Shown: positions 13,138 to 25,769, counted from the first letter of the stretch. The stretch is 64,000 nt of DNA from Octopus vulgaris (GCA_951406725.2 OX597814.1:154256001-154320000); one strand, 5' to 3'. The notes: a model not told the origin generated them from the letters alone. Numbers and translations: made by a program.

Positions 13138-16100
13138 ATTTAAATACAGAGGTTCAATCCCATTAACTTTTTTCTCCTCAAAACTCCAAAATACATGATC
13201 TTGTGCCTTTGCTAGAAATCATTATTACTGCTGGCGTTTTAAAGCTAATCAAGAGAAAATATAAGAAAATTAGATAGCATCAAATTTAGATGAAAAAGAG
13301 AAGAGGAAAGAGAGCAATAAAGAGATGGAGTGAGAGACAGAACCCGCGGTGGGGGGGGGGGCAAACTTGTTAATCTGAGAGATAATACCATTCTATAGGT
13401 TCCATTTCCTCTATAAAATGGGGGAACAGATGTCAGTCACTATTTTCATTTATTTATTCATTCATTTAGCAGAGTAAAATTTTTTCCCTGTGAGTAATTC
13501 CACACATCGCCTCTCTCTATAAATGAGAGAGCCAGGAATTCAAGAGAAGACACAAGAATGTTAATGCAATGACACTGCCCCTCTCTAGATAGCAAAACAA
13601 ATACAAAAATAAACAAAAGAGGAAGAAAATAATCACACTGGAATATGCAAAAGGCTGAGATCATAATGATGATGCTTTATTTACTAGGCATAAGGCCAAA
13701 TTTATAAGTTAGTGGGTATAGTAGATATAACATAATGAAATTATAAAACCTGACCAAAAAATGGTTATAGATAATAAGGCAACCAACAAGGGAGCCTCTG
13801 CATAACTGCTAGATCTGTTAGAAATAGCAACTGAATTTTACTAGAATCATATCCTCTACCTGAAAGAAAAGGAAAGAATAAAGACGGAACAGTCACGGGT
13901 GGAAAGCCTTTGTGTACAAGTCTGCTAATTCAGGGCTGACTTGGTTCTAAATAACAACGAAGACAATTAAACAACAAATTTACCACTACCATGAACTACT
14001 ATTATTGCTGCTACTTCAATAACAACAAATAGCACCAATCTTCAACACAAAAACAGGGGAGATGCTAAAAATAGAACGCAGAACCCATCTGTATTGGTAG
14101 AGGTTTTTCTTCTTCTATTATCCCTCTTTTCTTTTCTGTGGAAGGGGCTATTTTATTATTATTATTATTATTACTTTTCTTTTATTCTTTAATTTGAACT
14201 AATAGTTTATTTTATCGACAATATCTTTTACTCATCATTTTAACATAGGGATCTGACGAAATGTTAATGGGATCCCCGCTGTCACAATCCTTTAGTGATG
14301 ATTATCAGTCAGCATGTCCTCTTTTTCCGATGCGAGCTGACAAGCAGCATCAGACGCGAAATCTCTTCCATTCCAGAATATTGACAATACTTCTTTTGCC
14401 ATGGAAGGAGGTCAACCGAAAGCCTCCACCACCATCACTATTACCATCATTATCTCCATAGATATATACTGACTAATATTACCCTGTACCTTGCATTTTA
14501 CGCGCGTATACACGTACACGAGAGGAGAGGATAGATAGATAGAGAGAGAGAGAGTTCCCTTTCTCCTTTGTATTTCAATAAAAATTTCCGTCGCCACCCA
14601 GAGAAAGGGTTAAAAGAAAGAAGAAAAAAAGACATGGAATCAACATATATATTGATTAATGATGCTAATAACTTCCTCATTAATAAGGATTACATTCTGC
14701 TTAGGTGTCTCGATCCTAAGAAACAAGAGATGGTTTCGGAGCCAAAGCAATTCTTCGAAAGACGTGAATGTGTGATGCCATTTATTACATGATTGCTTAC
14801 ATGGCAATAAGCTTTTTAACAGAGAGAGGGGGGGGGGGAATTTTAGGGAACAATTTATTATCGTATGATACTACCCGAACTCAACAACTACACTATAAAA
14901 ATACCGAATCAGTAATAATCAACACACGCACGCACAAAACGAACGTGCCCGCATGAAAGTGAGTGTGTATATGTAGGATAATGAAAACATGTAGATATGT
15001 TTACGTGCATAGTAACGTATACAAGAGTATAGTTATGTATACATGTGTAGCTCAGATAACACAACACACGTGTGTATATTTATATACACGCGTACACTTA
15101 AATGAATTTATACATGCACCATTCCATATGAAAAACTGCTTATGTAGATATTACACGCACGCACGAGCATGTTTCTGTGTGTGTGTGTGTGTGTAAGTAT
15201 GTGTGTCAGTGTGTGAATGTATAAATGTATACAAACATACACGTGTGAATAATGTATATGAGAGAGAGAGAGAGCTACAGAGGAGGAGAAATATGTGCTG
15301 TAAGCAAACGAGATGCTGACAGCCAAAGATCAACGATAATGATAACAACTAGAATTTTTTGAAAAACAGAAAGGATCTTAGAAGAGATTGGTAAGTTTCT
15401 GCTACTATATGTATACATGTATATACATATAAAAAGAGGGAGAATTCTTCAACAACAATAAGAAAGGATTTTCCCACAGATGAAAATCAGTGTAACCTAG
15501 GAGCTAGTGAGTGAGAGAGTGGTAATAGTAGCATATATCAGCTAAGAATTAAGAAGGAAGAACGAGAAGGAAACCAAAACAATCCGTGGGAATGGTTGTC
15601 TGACTGTTGTTAAGTCATCTCTTTCTTCTTCATCACCGCCACCGTTGCTACAGCCGCTCCAAAATCAAGATTTATCAACACAAGTACAGTCATCATCAGT
15701 TTCTTATAATAAACTGTATGTGTGTGTGTGTGTGTGTAATAATATCAGACCTTATTTTTTAAATTCTCTGTTATGCTATCTACCCGTTTATCTTTCTATT
15801 CATTGTATCTGATGACACTGATACTGGTGGTGGTGGTGGTGGTGGTGGTGATGATGATGATCTCACTGCATTTAACAAAGTGGGAAAATATAATGATGCC
15901 AGTGTCATAACTCTCAGAAAGCTAGACAAAAATAAAGAAATGCTTGCATTCAAATTGAAATAGATTTTCTTTGAAAAATAGTTTTGGCGATCATTTAGAA
16001 CCAAAGAGAGCCTCTTAAAATTACAAACACATACACATATATATATATAAACACATCTATCTATCTATCTATATATATATATATATGTGTGTGTGTAGGG

Positions 16101-17106
16101 GGATCGTTAGTAGAAAACATAAATCCGAAAGAAGAAGCACAATCTAAGATGTAGAGCAGTATATAATAATTTTTTAGTGGAGTAGTATATATATATATAT
16201 ATAGTGGAGTAGTATATATTATATAAATACACATATACACAGTAGTCAAGTATCATTTAAAAATTGATTCGAAATATCAAAGATGAGAAGAATTGGTTAC
16301 ACTTCACAACAATAACAATTAAAAGACTGGAGAGAATATAAAAGCGACCAGGGGAATTGTTTTGATGATAGAAAGAGAACTAATAGAACTAGAAAAATCA
16401 GTGTGGTGGTGGGGGGATAGAGAAATACCAAGCAATTATATACAGACTACTATAAGGAGAAAAACTTTCCACGTGTAGTTCTGTTAATTAATACACAGTA
16501 GTAATTCAAAATTAAGAAAGTTTAGAGACAGTGAGAGAGGGAGGGAGAGAGAGAGAAAGAGAGATGGTAAAAAAAGCGGGGAAAGAGTAGGAATGAAAGA
16601 GAGAAGGTGTTTACAAGACGGGAGCAAGAAGCAGGCTCCCTAAATATTGTCTTTATACAAATAAATGTCCTTGGATGGGGCGCAGAAAAAAAAATGAAGC
16701 CACTGAATGAATGACTTGAGACAGAAGAAAATGTGGGAAATATGACATGCATGTCATAAAGTGGCTTTTGTTTACGTCGGGGAAACATTCACATAATGCA
16801 TAGACATTTAGAAAGCCATGAAGTTTCGTTAATTATAAAAAAAAAAACATGAATTGAAAAGCTGTTGTCGTTCTGCTACAGTAACGTAATCGGGCTTATC
16901 TTCTTGTTGACAAACACAGATGAGGAAAGCCCGACCAAAAATCAATTGTGTGTGTATATGATGTGATCAAACAGTATATGTATATATATATATATATATG
17001 TATGTATATGATAGATGAATTGATAATGCACGCATAATGAAATTAAGCATGTAAATAAATTACGGATGATCGGTAGGAAGTGGGTAAAACTTAAGTTAAC
17101 ACTTAC

Positions 17107-17152
17107 CAGCCACTGGTGACGGCATCCTGACGGCGCACCATCGTAACTTCCA
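17107..17152 (-). CDS. DOK7: Dok-7 orthologue, coding exon 2 (46 nt)
   Basis: Polypyrimidine tract ttctttcactttctcatctgtttacag|TGGAAGTTACGATGGTGCGCCGTCAGGATGCCGTCACCAGTGGCTG|gtaagt = WKLRWCAVRMPSPVA(D), versus vertebrate WKSRWLVLRKPSPVAD. In frame with exon 1 across a 152-nt GT-AG intron (17153-17304). Exon 3 was not found in the window. Confidence 0.92.
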
Positions 17153-17304
17153 CTGTAAACAGATGAGAAAGTGAAAGAACAACTAGACCAAATAGATATC
17201 ATTGACTATAAAAGTCGTCAGAGATCAAAATTTCACGATAATTATACATCGAAGAACTTAGAAGAAAAATAATAAAGTCAGATATTTCTTTTGCGACAAT
17301 TTAC

Positions 17305-17361
17305 CTTTTTGCCATCTCTGTATTTAACACGACCATCAGCGATTAAATTCATATCTGCCAT
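17305..17361 (-). CDS. DOK7: Dok-7 (downstream of kinase 7) orthologue, coding exon 1 (start of PH domain)
   Basis: Minus strand reads gcaat ATG GCA GAT ATG AAT TTA ATC GCT GAT GGT CGT GTT AAA TAC AGA GAT GGC AAA AAG|gtaaat = MADMNLIADGRVKYRDGKK. This matches the recalled vertebrate DOK7 N-terminus MTEAALVEGQVKLRDGKK and ends at a phase-0 GT donor. Confidence 0.9.
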
Positions 17362-17400
17362 ATTGCTCCCATGTTGGGAGTGATGTGCTAGCAGCCGACA

Positions 17401-17442
17401 ACCCATTGGTCAATTGCTTTCCGTAACTGTTTACCCATTGGT
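17401..17442 (-). promoter_or_regulatory. Two CCAAT (NF-Y-type) boxes 32 bp apart, upstream of the Dok-7 ATG
   Basis: ACCCATTGGT at 17401-17410 and 17433-17442 (minus strand RACCAATGGG), 40-80 bp upstream of the start codon. Confidence 0.5.
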
Positions 17443-17838
17443 TGAACTACGTTTCACTAATGTTACCATCCCTCACCACCATAACCATCATCACTATTCG
17501 CATCATTTTACTCCCTATTACACCACATTTGACATGACTCCAAAGCTGACTCAGATTATTATAGTATGCTATGGAAAGATAGATAGTCAGACTGACAAAC
17601 AAATAAACTGGATGGGGGAGTAAAGATTCAAGGAAAACCACATGGTATTTCCACATGGAAAGAAAAGAAAAAATAAGGAAAAAGAGCTATTACATATGTC
17701 TATATATATATATATAACTGGATCTTTAATTGTTTAAGACTATAAGATGGTTGGCTAGAGAAGAGAAAAAATTTTTAAACAAAATTTAACTTAAGCACTA
17801 TGAAACGTTCTCAATATTGTCTTTTGTCTTCCCCACTC

Positions 17839-18068
<230 letters not shown>

Positions 18069-18489
18069 CATTTAGCCTTTTTTGTTTGTTTGATATGCTT
18101 GAATAACATATGTCTATATAGGTTATTTTCCTTTAACTCCCACCCTCCAGAAATATTGAAATAGCTAATGAATTCTAGATCAAAACAATGTTTTTTCAAA
18201 AGGAACAAACATTTATTGGTTCTTTTATGTGAGATGAACATATAGGGTTTATTGCTTGGATGGCATAGAAAAGGAAATATTTTGCCTTTTCTATAATCGA
18301 AATCAATAGATAATCAATAAATAAATACATGCAGCTTTGGATATTGAACCTGCTTTATTCTGAATTACTGGCACTTTAACAAGTAGGCCATCCCCAGTAA
18401 AAGAACCTTCTGATCTTCTGGTAAATTGAATAAATATCAGATTGTGTGTATGAACACATGTCTATTTATATATGTAAGTATATGTGCAC

Positions 18490-18551
<62 letters not shown>

Positions 18552-18690
18552 GTATTTGTATATGTATATGTATCTATATATATATATATATGTATGTGTG
18601 TGTTTGTGTACATATACACATGTATATACACACAAAATAGTTTAGTTAATTAATGCATAATCTCAATGAATGCATCAATGTGCAAATCTG

Positions 18691-18761
<71 letters not shown>

Positions 18762-18876
18762 GTATTTGTATATGTATATGTATGTGTGTGTGTGTGTACA
18801 TATACACATGTATATACACATAAAATAGTTTAGTTAATTAATGCATAATCTCAATGAACATACCAATGTGTAAATG
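18490..18876. repeat. Local tandem duplication of ~200 bp including a (TATC)n tract
   Basis: (TATC)n-tgtatttgtatatgtatatg...aaaatagtttagttaattaatgcataatctcaatgaa occurs twice (18490-18690, 18691-18876). Confidence 0.8.
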
Positions 18877-19299
18877 AACAAAATCAGTGCATGTTATGCA
18901 TAACATTTTTCATAAGTGCTTATAAAATGCCATCTGTCTCTCTCTCTCTGTAGAGGGAATAAAGTAATCAAGTAACCTGTTCTGATGAGCCAGCATTAAC
19001 CAGAAGAAACTAGTTGAGTGGCTCTTTGATTTGTTCAGCAGAGAGCTCTCTGTGGTTTAAACTGCAGGGCATGTTTACACAATGGTGTTAAATGTAAGGT
19101 TTATTATCTCTTACCATTTATCTTTTACTTGTTTCAGTTATTAGACTGTGGTCATGCTGGGGCACCACCTTGAAGAATTTTTAGTTGAATGAATCGATCC
19201 CAGTATTTATTTTCTTTTTTTTTAAGCCTGGTATTTATTGTGTTGGTCTCTTTTTGCTGAACAGCTGAGTTATGTGGACATAAACACACCAACAGCCAT

Positions 19300-21070
19300 A
19301 CATCTCAGTCCATTGTCATTTCCTCTGTGAGGCCCAACATTCTGAGATCGGCCCTTACCACTTCATCCCACATCTTCCTGTGTCTCCCTCTTCCGTGGGT
19401 ACCATCCACTTTCAGTGATCGCCACTTCTTTATGCAGCTTTCCTCATTCATATGCATTACATGTCCAAACCAACATAGTCTTCTCTCTTGCATGCTACAT
19501 TTGATTCCTCTTATGCCCAACTTTTCTCTCAGTACATTTGCATTTTGTCTTATATGCACACTGATGTTGCACATCTAAAGGAGCATACTGCCTTCATTTC
19601 TCTCCACTGTATGCATGTCTCCTGCATTTAGAGCCCATGTCTCACTACCATGGAGTATAGCTGTTCACATGCAAGCATGATACAGTCTACCTTTCACTCT
19701 GAGAGAGAGAGAGTCCTTTGTTGCCAACAGAGGTAATAGCTCTCTGAATTTGCTTTGCCCTATTCTTGTTCTAGAAACAATACTTTCAGAGCATCCCCCA
19801 CCATTGCTAATTTGATCACCTAGGTAATAGAAACTATCTACAACACCAAGAGAGCTTTGTGGGCATTTAAGAGAATCTAAGTCCTGTGTGCTCTTAGTGC
19901 TTATTGTCACTGCACATCTGCCACATACAAAGACAACTTTATCTGTTAATCTACCTGTGATTCCACTGCACCTCTTATGTATCCATAGATTACAATGGGG
20001 TAGTGAATAGAATTTCTTCCAACACCTTCCCTACATATTGAGCAGGGACATTTACATGACGGAAAGAAAGTTTTACTAACAACAACTTCGGCCTTTGCTA
20101 GGTTAACTTTAAGACACTTTGATTCCAGATTTTGTTTCCATACCTGGAATTTCTTCTCCAATTCTGCTAAAGATTCTGCAATAAGAGCAAGATCATCAGC
20201 TTATAGCAGTTCCCACGGTCATCCAGTTTTGATTTCCTCTGTTATGGCCTGGAGGATGGAAATGAATAGAAGTGGGCTGAGAACTGAGCCCTGGTGAACC
20301 CCTACATGTGTTCATGGCTGATCCCCTACACTGTTTTCATGGCTGACTCTCACCCTACAAACAGCATCACTGTACATACACTACCGTCAGAAATTAATTA
20401 GCACCCTTGATTTGCTCTTCACTCAAGGTATGTGCTGTCACCTAGTGGCCATATCTCGAACTATTGCTTTGTTGCGAGTTCACTGTTGCACAGAACGATG
20501 ACGTAACTTTGTTTGCAGAGCAGTTTGAGAGTCTACAGCCTTATGATGTTGACATGGCAGTGCAACAACAACTTGGAGTGCGGATGCAGACAAATCTTCC
20601 TTTGTTTAATAGATATAGGTAGCGCCTCGCAAGGACCGAAATCACCATACTAAGTTTTCTCATCGCGTAAGACGTTTTGAACAGCTCATAGGTTAATTAA
20701 TTTAACCTATTTAATGTAGAAATTTGAGAAGTGCTAATTAATTTCTGACGCAAGTGTAGCTTGTACAGCTCTAACAAGCCATTCCTCTACTTCTAACTTC
20801 CTTAGAGACCACCATATAACACTGGAGAGCTCTGTTGAAAGCTTTCTCCAGGTTGACGAAGGCTAAGTACAATGGCTTACTTTTGGCCAAGTACTTTCCC
20901 TGCAGCTGTCTCACTAGGAAGATGGCATCTGCGGTACTCTTTCCAGATATAAGACCAAACTGCACCTCATCTAGTTTAATTGTATTCCTAATCAATTGAG
21001 CTATAACCCTCTCAGTAATTTTCATGACTTGGTCTAGCAGTTTAGTACCTCTAGCTCTCTAATTGTTTCT
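19300..21070 (-). mobile_element. RTE-clade LINE, degenerate reverse transcriptase fragment
   Basis: Minus-strand ORFs QFGLISGKSTADAIFLVRQLQGKY...AFVNLEKAFNR; GVHQGSVLSPLLF; WELL*ADD (YADD); RRLCWFGHVMHM...GRGRHRKMW. Contains stops and frameshifts. Confidence 0.9.
20379..20756. mobile_element. Tc1/mariner-type MITE nested in the RTE
   Basis: TIRs CACTACCGTCAGAAATTAATTAGCAC / GTGCTAATTAATTTCTGACGCAAGTG flanked by TA. Confidence 0.85.
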
Positions 21071-21095
21071 ATCTAAGGTATCACCTCTCTCTCTC

Positions 21096-21128
<33 letters not shown>

Positions 21129-21143
21129 GTATATATATATATA

Positions 21144-21355
21144 TATAAACAACTTATAAGTAAGGGCTAAAGAAAATTATTTCAAAGCCAATATGCTGAT
21201 TTTCCACATATAATCTACTCACTACAGAAAAAATTGAACTGAAGTCGGGCAAGCTGGCTGTTCAATTTTTTCTGTAGCGAGTAGATTATATATGGAAAAT
21301 CAGCATATTGGCTTTGAAATAATTTTCTTTAGCCCTTACTTATAAGTTGTTTATA
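21144..21355. repeat. ~95-bp near-perfect inverted repeat inside a (TA)n tract
   Basis: 21144-21238 is the reverse complement of 21261-21355, with a ~22-nt spacer. Confidence 0.85.
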
Positions 21356-21444
21356 ATTTTAACCGTAAAGGTATTTTAATATGCTGCCACATTTCTTGAT
21401 GGAATTCTTTTCTGTAGAGAAAAAAACTTCATCCTATATTAGTA

Positions 21445-21481
<37 letters not shown>

Positions 21482-21671
21482 AGATCAGAAAATGGAGAAA
21501 TACATCTAAATCATTAATCAACTACCAGATAATACCCAATCACATACTTTATTGAACCACTACATAAGAACATTAAGGTTAAACAAAACAGAGTACATGA
21601 ATGAGTAATACAATACAATAGGTACAATCATTATAAGAGGATATAAATGAATAAATATAAATATACACTAT

Positions 21672-21798
21672 ATCTTACAGCTGTTTCGGCCATGCAGATA
21701 AATATGCCTCATTTTACCTATATTAGCCATGTATAGTATGCCAATATGAAGTTAAAAATGAGACATTTACAAATATATCTTAAGGCCTCTTCGGAGAT
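21672..21798 (-). ncRNA. Minimal type-I hammerhead ribozyme motif (core variant CCGAAGA) in a Penelope-terminal-like repeat
   Basis: Minus strand ATCT-CCGAAGA-GGCC...GGCC-GAAA-CAGCTG-TA-AGAT. Confidence 0.65.
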
Positions 21799-22261
21799 TC
21801 TAAAGTATAAACCAAATTACATATATACTCATATAAGTGTGGGTACATACCCATAAAAAATCATTTACATATATATATGAGTGCATATACTCATAGTATT
21901 ATACATATACACATACATATACATAATAATACAAATAATATAAATCAATAAAATATATATATATATGTTCCACATTCAATGTTTTTCAACTTAATATTAA
22001 GATATTACAACGTAGAGAACATAGACATATTCATACTTCAATGCAGATATATAAAGTCAGTATTACCTTATATTAATTTACAAAAAGTCATTAATGTTAA
22101 CATCAATACTGTTATCAATATCATTAATGCTACCAATATCATTGTTCTTTTAATTGCATCGCAATTCTTAACATTTATGTATTAACTTTGTTAGGTACTT
22201 CACTAGCAGTATATTGGATATATGTTATCCCATGGAGGGTTGAATTTGCAACCCCTATCTC

Positions 22262-22309
<48 letters not shown>

Positions 22310-22404
22310 TGAGATAGGGTTGCAAATTCAACCCTCCATGGGATAACATATATCCAATGGATATATGTTATCCCATGGAGGGTTGAATTTGCAACCCTAT
22401 CTCA

Positions 22405-22450
<46 letters not shown>

Positions 22451-22595
22451 AGCCGTAGAAACACTGCCAGATTTGACTGGGCCTGATGAAACCTGGCTTC
22501 CATAGACCCCAGTAGAACCGTCCAACCCATGCTAGCATGGAAAACGGACGCTAAATGATGATGATGATGATGATGATATATACATATATAAACGC

Positions 22596-22626
<31 letters not shown>

Positions 22627-23051
22627 TATATATATATATATATACATATATACTTCTAGTATAAGGATAGAATTTTATTAAAAAAAATTATCAGTGGCCA
22701 GTATAGGAAAAATACCTTTTAAGGTGAAAATTATAAATAAGGGCAAAAGAAAAAATTTTTCTTTGCCAATATTCTGAAAAATAGATGCTAAATCGTCTAA
22801 CCACATAAAATATTTTCACTATATTGTTACACGATGTGTCGAAACGAAGAAAGCAAGCTATCAGTAATTCATTAAAATTCACTTTGGGACTGGTTACCCA
22901 CTCACGTGCATTTCCTGACCGGCTACACATGTGTTGAGGCTTGCTATGGAATTTCTACTTGGATATATTTGGGGTACTTAAATGTATTCATGACTTTGCA
23001 TCTGCTTTTCTGTGGGTATTTCTAATTGTTTCATCTATTTTCATTTTGTAT

Positions 23052-23113
23052 TCCTCACTGATGAAGGAAAAAATCCTTTTAGATTAATCCAGAAATTGGA
23101 ACTGATTCGAGGA
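23052..23113 (+). ncRNA. Hammerhead-like motif, decayed
   Basis: TCCTCA-CTGATGA-AGGA...TCCA-GAAA-TTGGAACTGA-TT-CGAGGA. Flanked by inverted arms 22790-22826 / 23175-23212. Confidence 0.5.
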
Positions 23114-23508
23114 TAACTAAAATTTTTATGAATTTCTGTTAGCTTTCTCTTCTTGTTTCAATAAATGGTGTAATAATATAGTGAAAATATTTTATGTGGT
23201 TAGACAATTTAGCGCGTGTGTGTGTATTTTTCTTTGTAGTATTTTGTAAAATTCTATCTAGAAGGAGGGAACTGATTTCTAACAAAGAAACAAAAGTTTC
23301 ATCATAAGCGTTTGTATTACAATAATGATAATTGTCACATATATAAAACTTTAAGAAATTCCTGCATATTTTAATTGTTCCACTTACAGTTTGTATCTAT
23401 AAAGTTCACATTAGCCATTCTCTTATTTAGCTTGAAAATCTTAGCTTCTCAAGCATGTAGCTTTGTCGTTAACTAACATAACAGAGTGCACCAATGATTG
23501 TTAGTATG

Positions 23509-23560
<52 letters not shown>

Positions 23561-25769
23561 TGTGGCTTGATGCCCATCCTAAATGCCAACAGAGGTGTTG
23601 CATGTTTTAAAGCAGTTGTTCATAGATATTTTCCTACTTGCTGATTTTGAAAGAAATATTCACATCTGCAGGATAACTAACCTCTGTGACTGTACATGAC
23701 TTTCTTTCTTTGCCCCAAATAACTATATCAAGTTTGTTTTGTTTGCACTTGTCAGAAGTTATGATGGTAATGTTTTACCAATATTCTTTCTGCTGATATG
23801 TATGTATGTGTGTGTGTGTGTGCGTGCGTGCGTATATGTGTATATGAATGCATGCATGTATGTATGCTTGTATGTATATATGTATGTATGTATGTACATG
23901 CATGATGTATGTAGGTATACATGTATGAATGTATCTATGTATGTATGCATGTATGTATGTATTTTTTACTTTTTACTTCGTTTAACGTCCGTTTTCCATG
24001 CTAGCATGGGTTGGACCGGGGTTTGGGAAGCCAGGAGGCTGCACCAGGCTCCAGTCTGACCTGACAGTGTTTCTACAGCTGGATGCCCTTCCTAACACCA
24101 ACCACTCCGTGAGTGTAGTGGGTGCTTTTTATGTGCCAGGGGAGGCTGGCAGCAGCCACGATCGGTCGGTGCTTTTTACGTACCACCGGCATGGAACGTG
24201 CCACCGTCATATGTATAGATTCTTGCCAATGCTAACTAGATTCCTTCTCTCTCCCTCATCATATTGGTGCACCAATTCAATTTAATTGACCAGTCTTACT
24301 CTTCACGTTAATTAAATAGTTCTTCCTACATTCTACAGCTTCCATCACTTGGTATCATTCTCTCTACTCCTTTCATTTTTCTTGTTTCTATTCTAGTGAC
24401 AACCATTTTTTCTTTGTTTTCTTTCTTTCTTTTTATTTATTATTATTATTTTTTTTTTTTGCTAATGCAGAGTCAGTGTTTTGTATCATATGTACTCTAC
24501 TATGATATAACTGCATTCTTTTTGTTAATTCCCTATGAATTTCTCTTCAAATGATTTTATTTACACAAATTGTATATTTAAAAATAGTTATTTTCATGCA
24601 GAACAGTAGTCATATTGTTTTTTTTTAACTATTTAGAATTAAAAGAAAAACAAAACAAAACAAAAAAAAACTCTGTTGGAATGCATCTAAATTTATAACA
24701 TGGGTGTCAATGGGAAAATAAGTTTCAATTTACAAAATTCCTTGTTATGGCAATATTTTCAGGAATGCAACACTTCTGTAATGTGGATAATGTCTGTATT
24801 AAAAACACACCCTCTTCCTCATTATTTTAATGAATTTTAAAATGTGTTTTTTTATTTTCATTTAAGCACAGGTTGGTTAGGTCTGCAGCACTGCATATAT
24901 AAGAATTTCCCTTGATACTGTGTCATTTCATCAATGAGATTCAACATGCATTCTTGGGGCCTGACTTCACTAATTTCCATGTTTTTCTTGGAATTCAGCT
25001 ATGACATGTATCTTCCAATGTTCACATGTAAAGTCTTTTCAACCAGCACACATTGATCAATTACATAAATCCATACTAGTGTGTAGTTATCTCTTATCAA
25101 TACTTTCGCTAATATATATATATATATATATGTCATGCCCAACTATTCACAGCTCAATTGTGAATTTTAAGCAAGGTGCAAGAATGGTAGCGTGGTTAAG
25201 AAGCTTGCTTTGCAAACACATGGTATTAGGTTCAGTCCTGCTATGCTGTGTCTTAAGCAAGTATTTCCTACTTTATCCCGAGGAAGTATTTTATACTATG
25301 TCTTGAGCTTCTTTCAGTTTTTTTCTACCAAATCCACTCACAAGGCTTTGGTCAGTCTAAGGTTATTGTAGAAGAGACTTACCTAAGGCTCCACACAGTG
25401 GGACTGAACCTGGAGCCATGCGGTTAGGAAACAAACTTCTTACCACACAGCCACACTTGTTTTTGTATACTTATAATTATGGACAGTTCAGTCATGGTCT
25501 TCCGATCTTTTTTTTCAGTCATAGTATATCAAGGACAACAGTACCATGTGTCTATTCAATTGTTCCTTGGTTGTAATTTGAAGGAGATTTAGCTGCTGTT
25601 TTTAGATGGTGGAGTGACCACATAATAGCTCCTTGTTCACTCATGAAAATTTTTGTCGTGAGCAGATATTGTTTCTATTTTTTTTAATTTGCTGAATCTA
25701 ATAGAAGATACAGTGGCCATGATCTTCGCAGGTTCTCCAAGACCAAAAAGAATGATGCCATTAAAGGTA

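Noticed and set aside
14261-14792. Short ORFs in the CpG-rich intron region
   Set aside because: No recognisable homology and no paired splice sites; treated as non-coding.
15385-15397. Plus-strand splice donor TTG|GTAAGT
   Set aside because: No matching acceptor or ORF; an isolated consensus is expected by chance.
16095-16144. Possible Dok-7 exon 3 (minus strand ttag|ATTGTGCT gives DC...)
   Set aside because: Continues DCASSFGFMFSTNDP into a microsatellite, with no resemblance to the expected DCL.L..YKD sequence and a weak pyrimidine tract.
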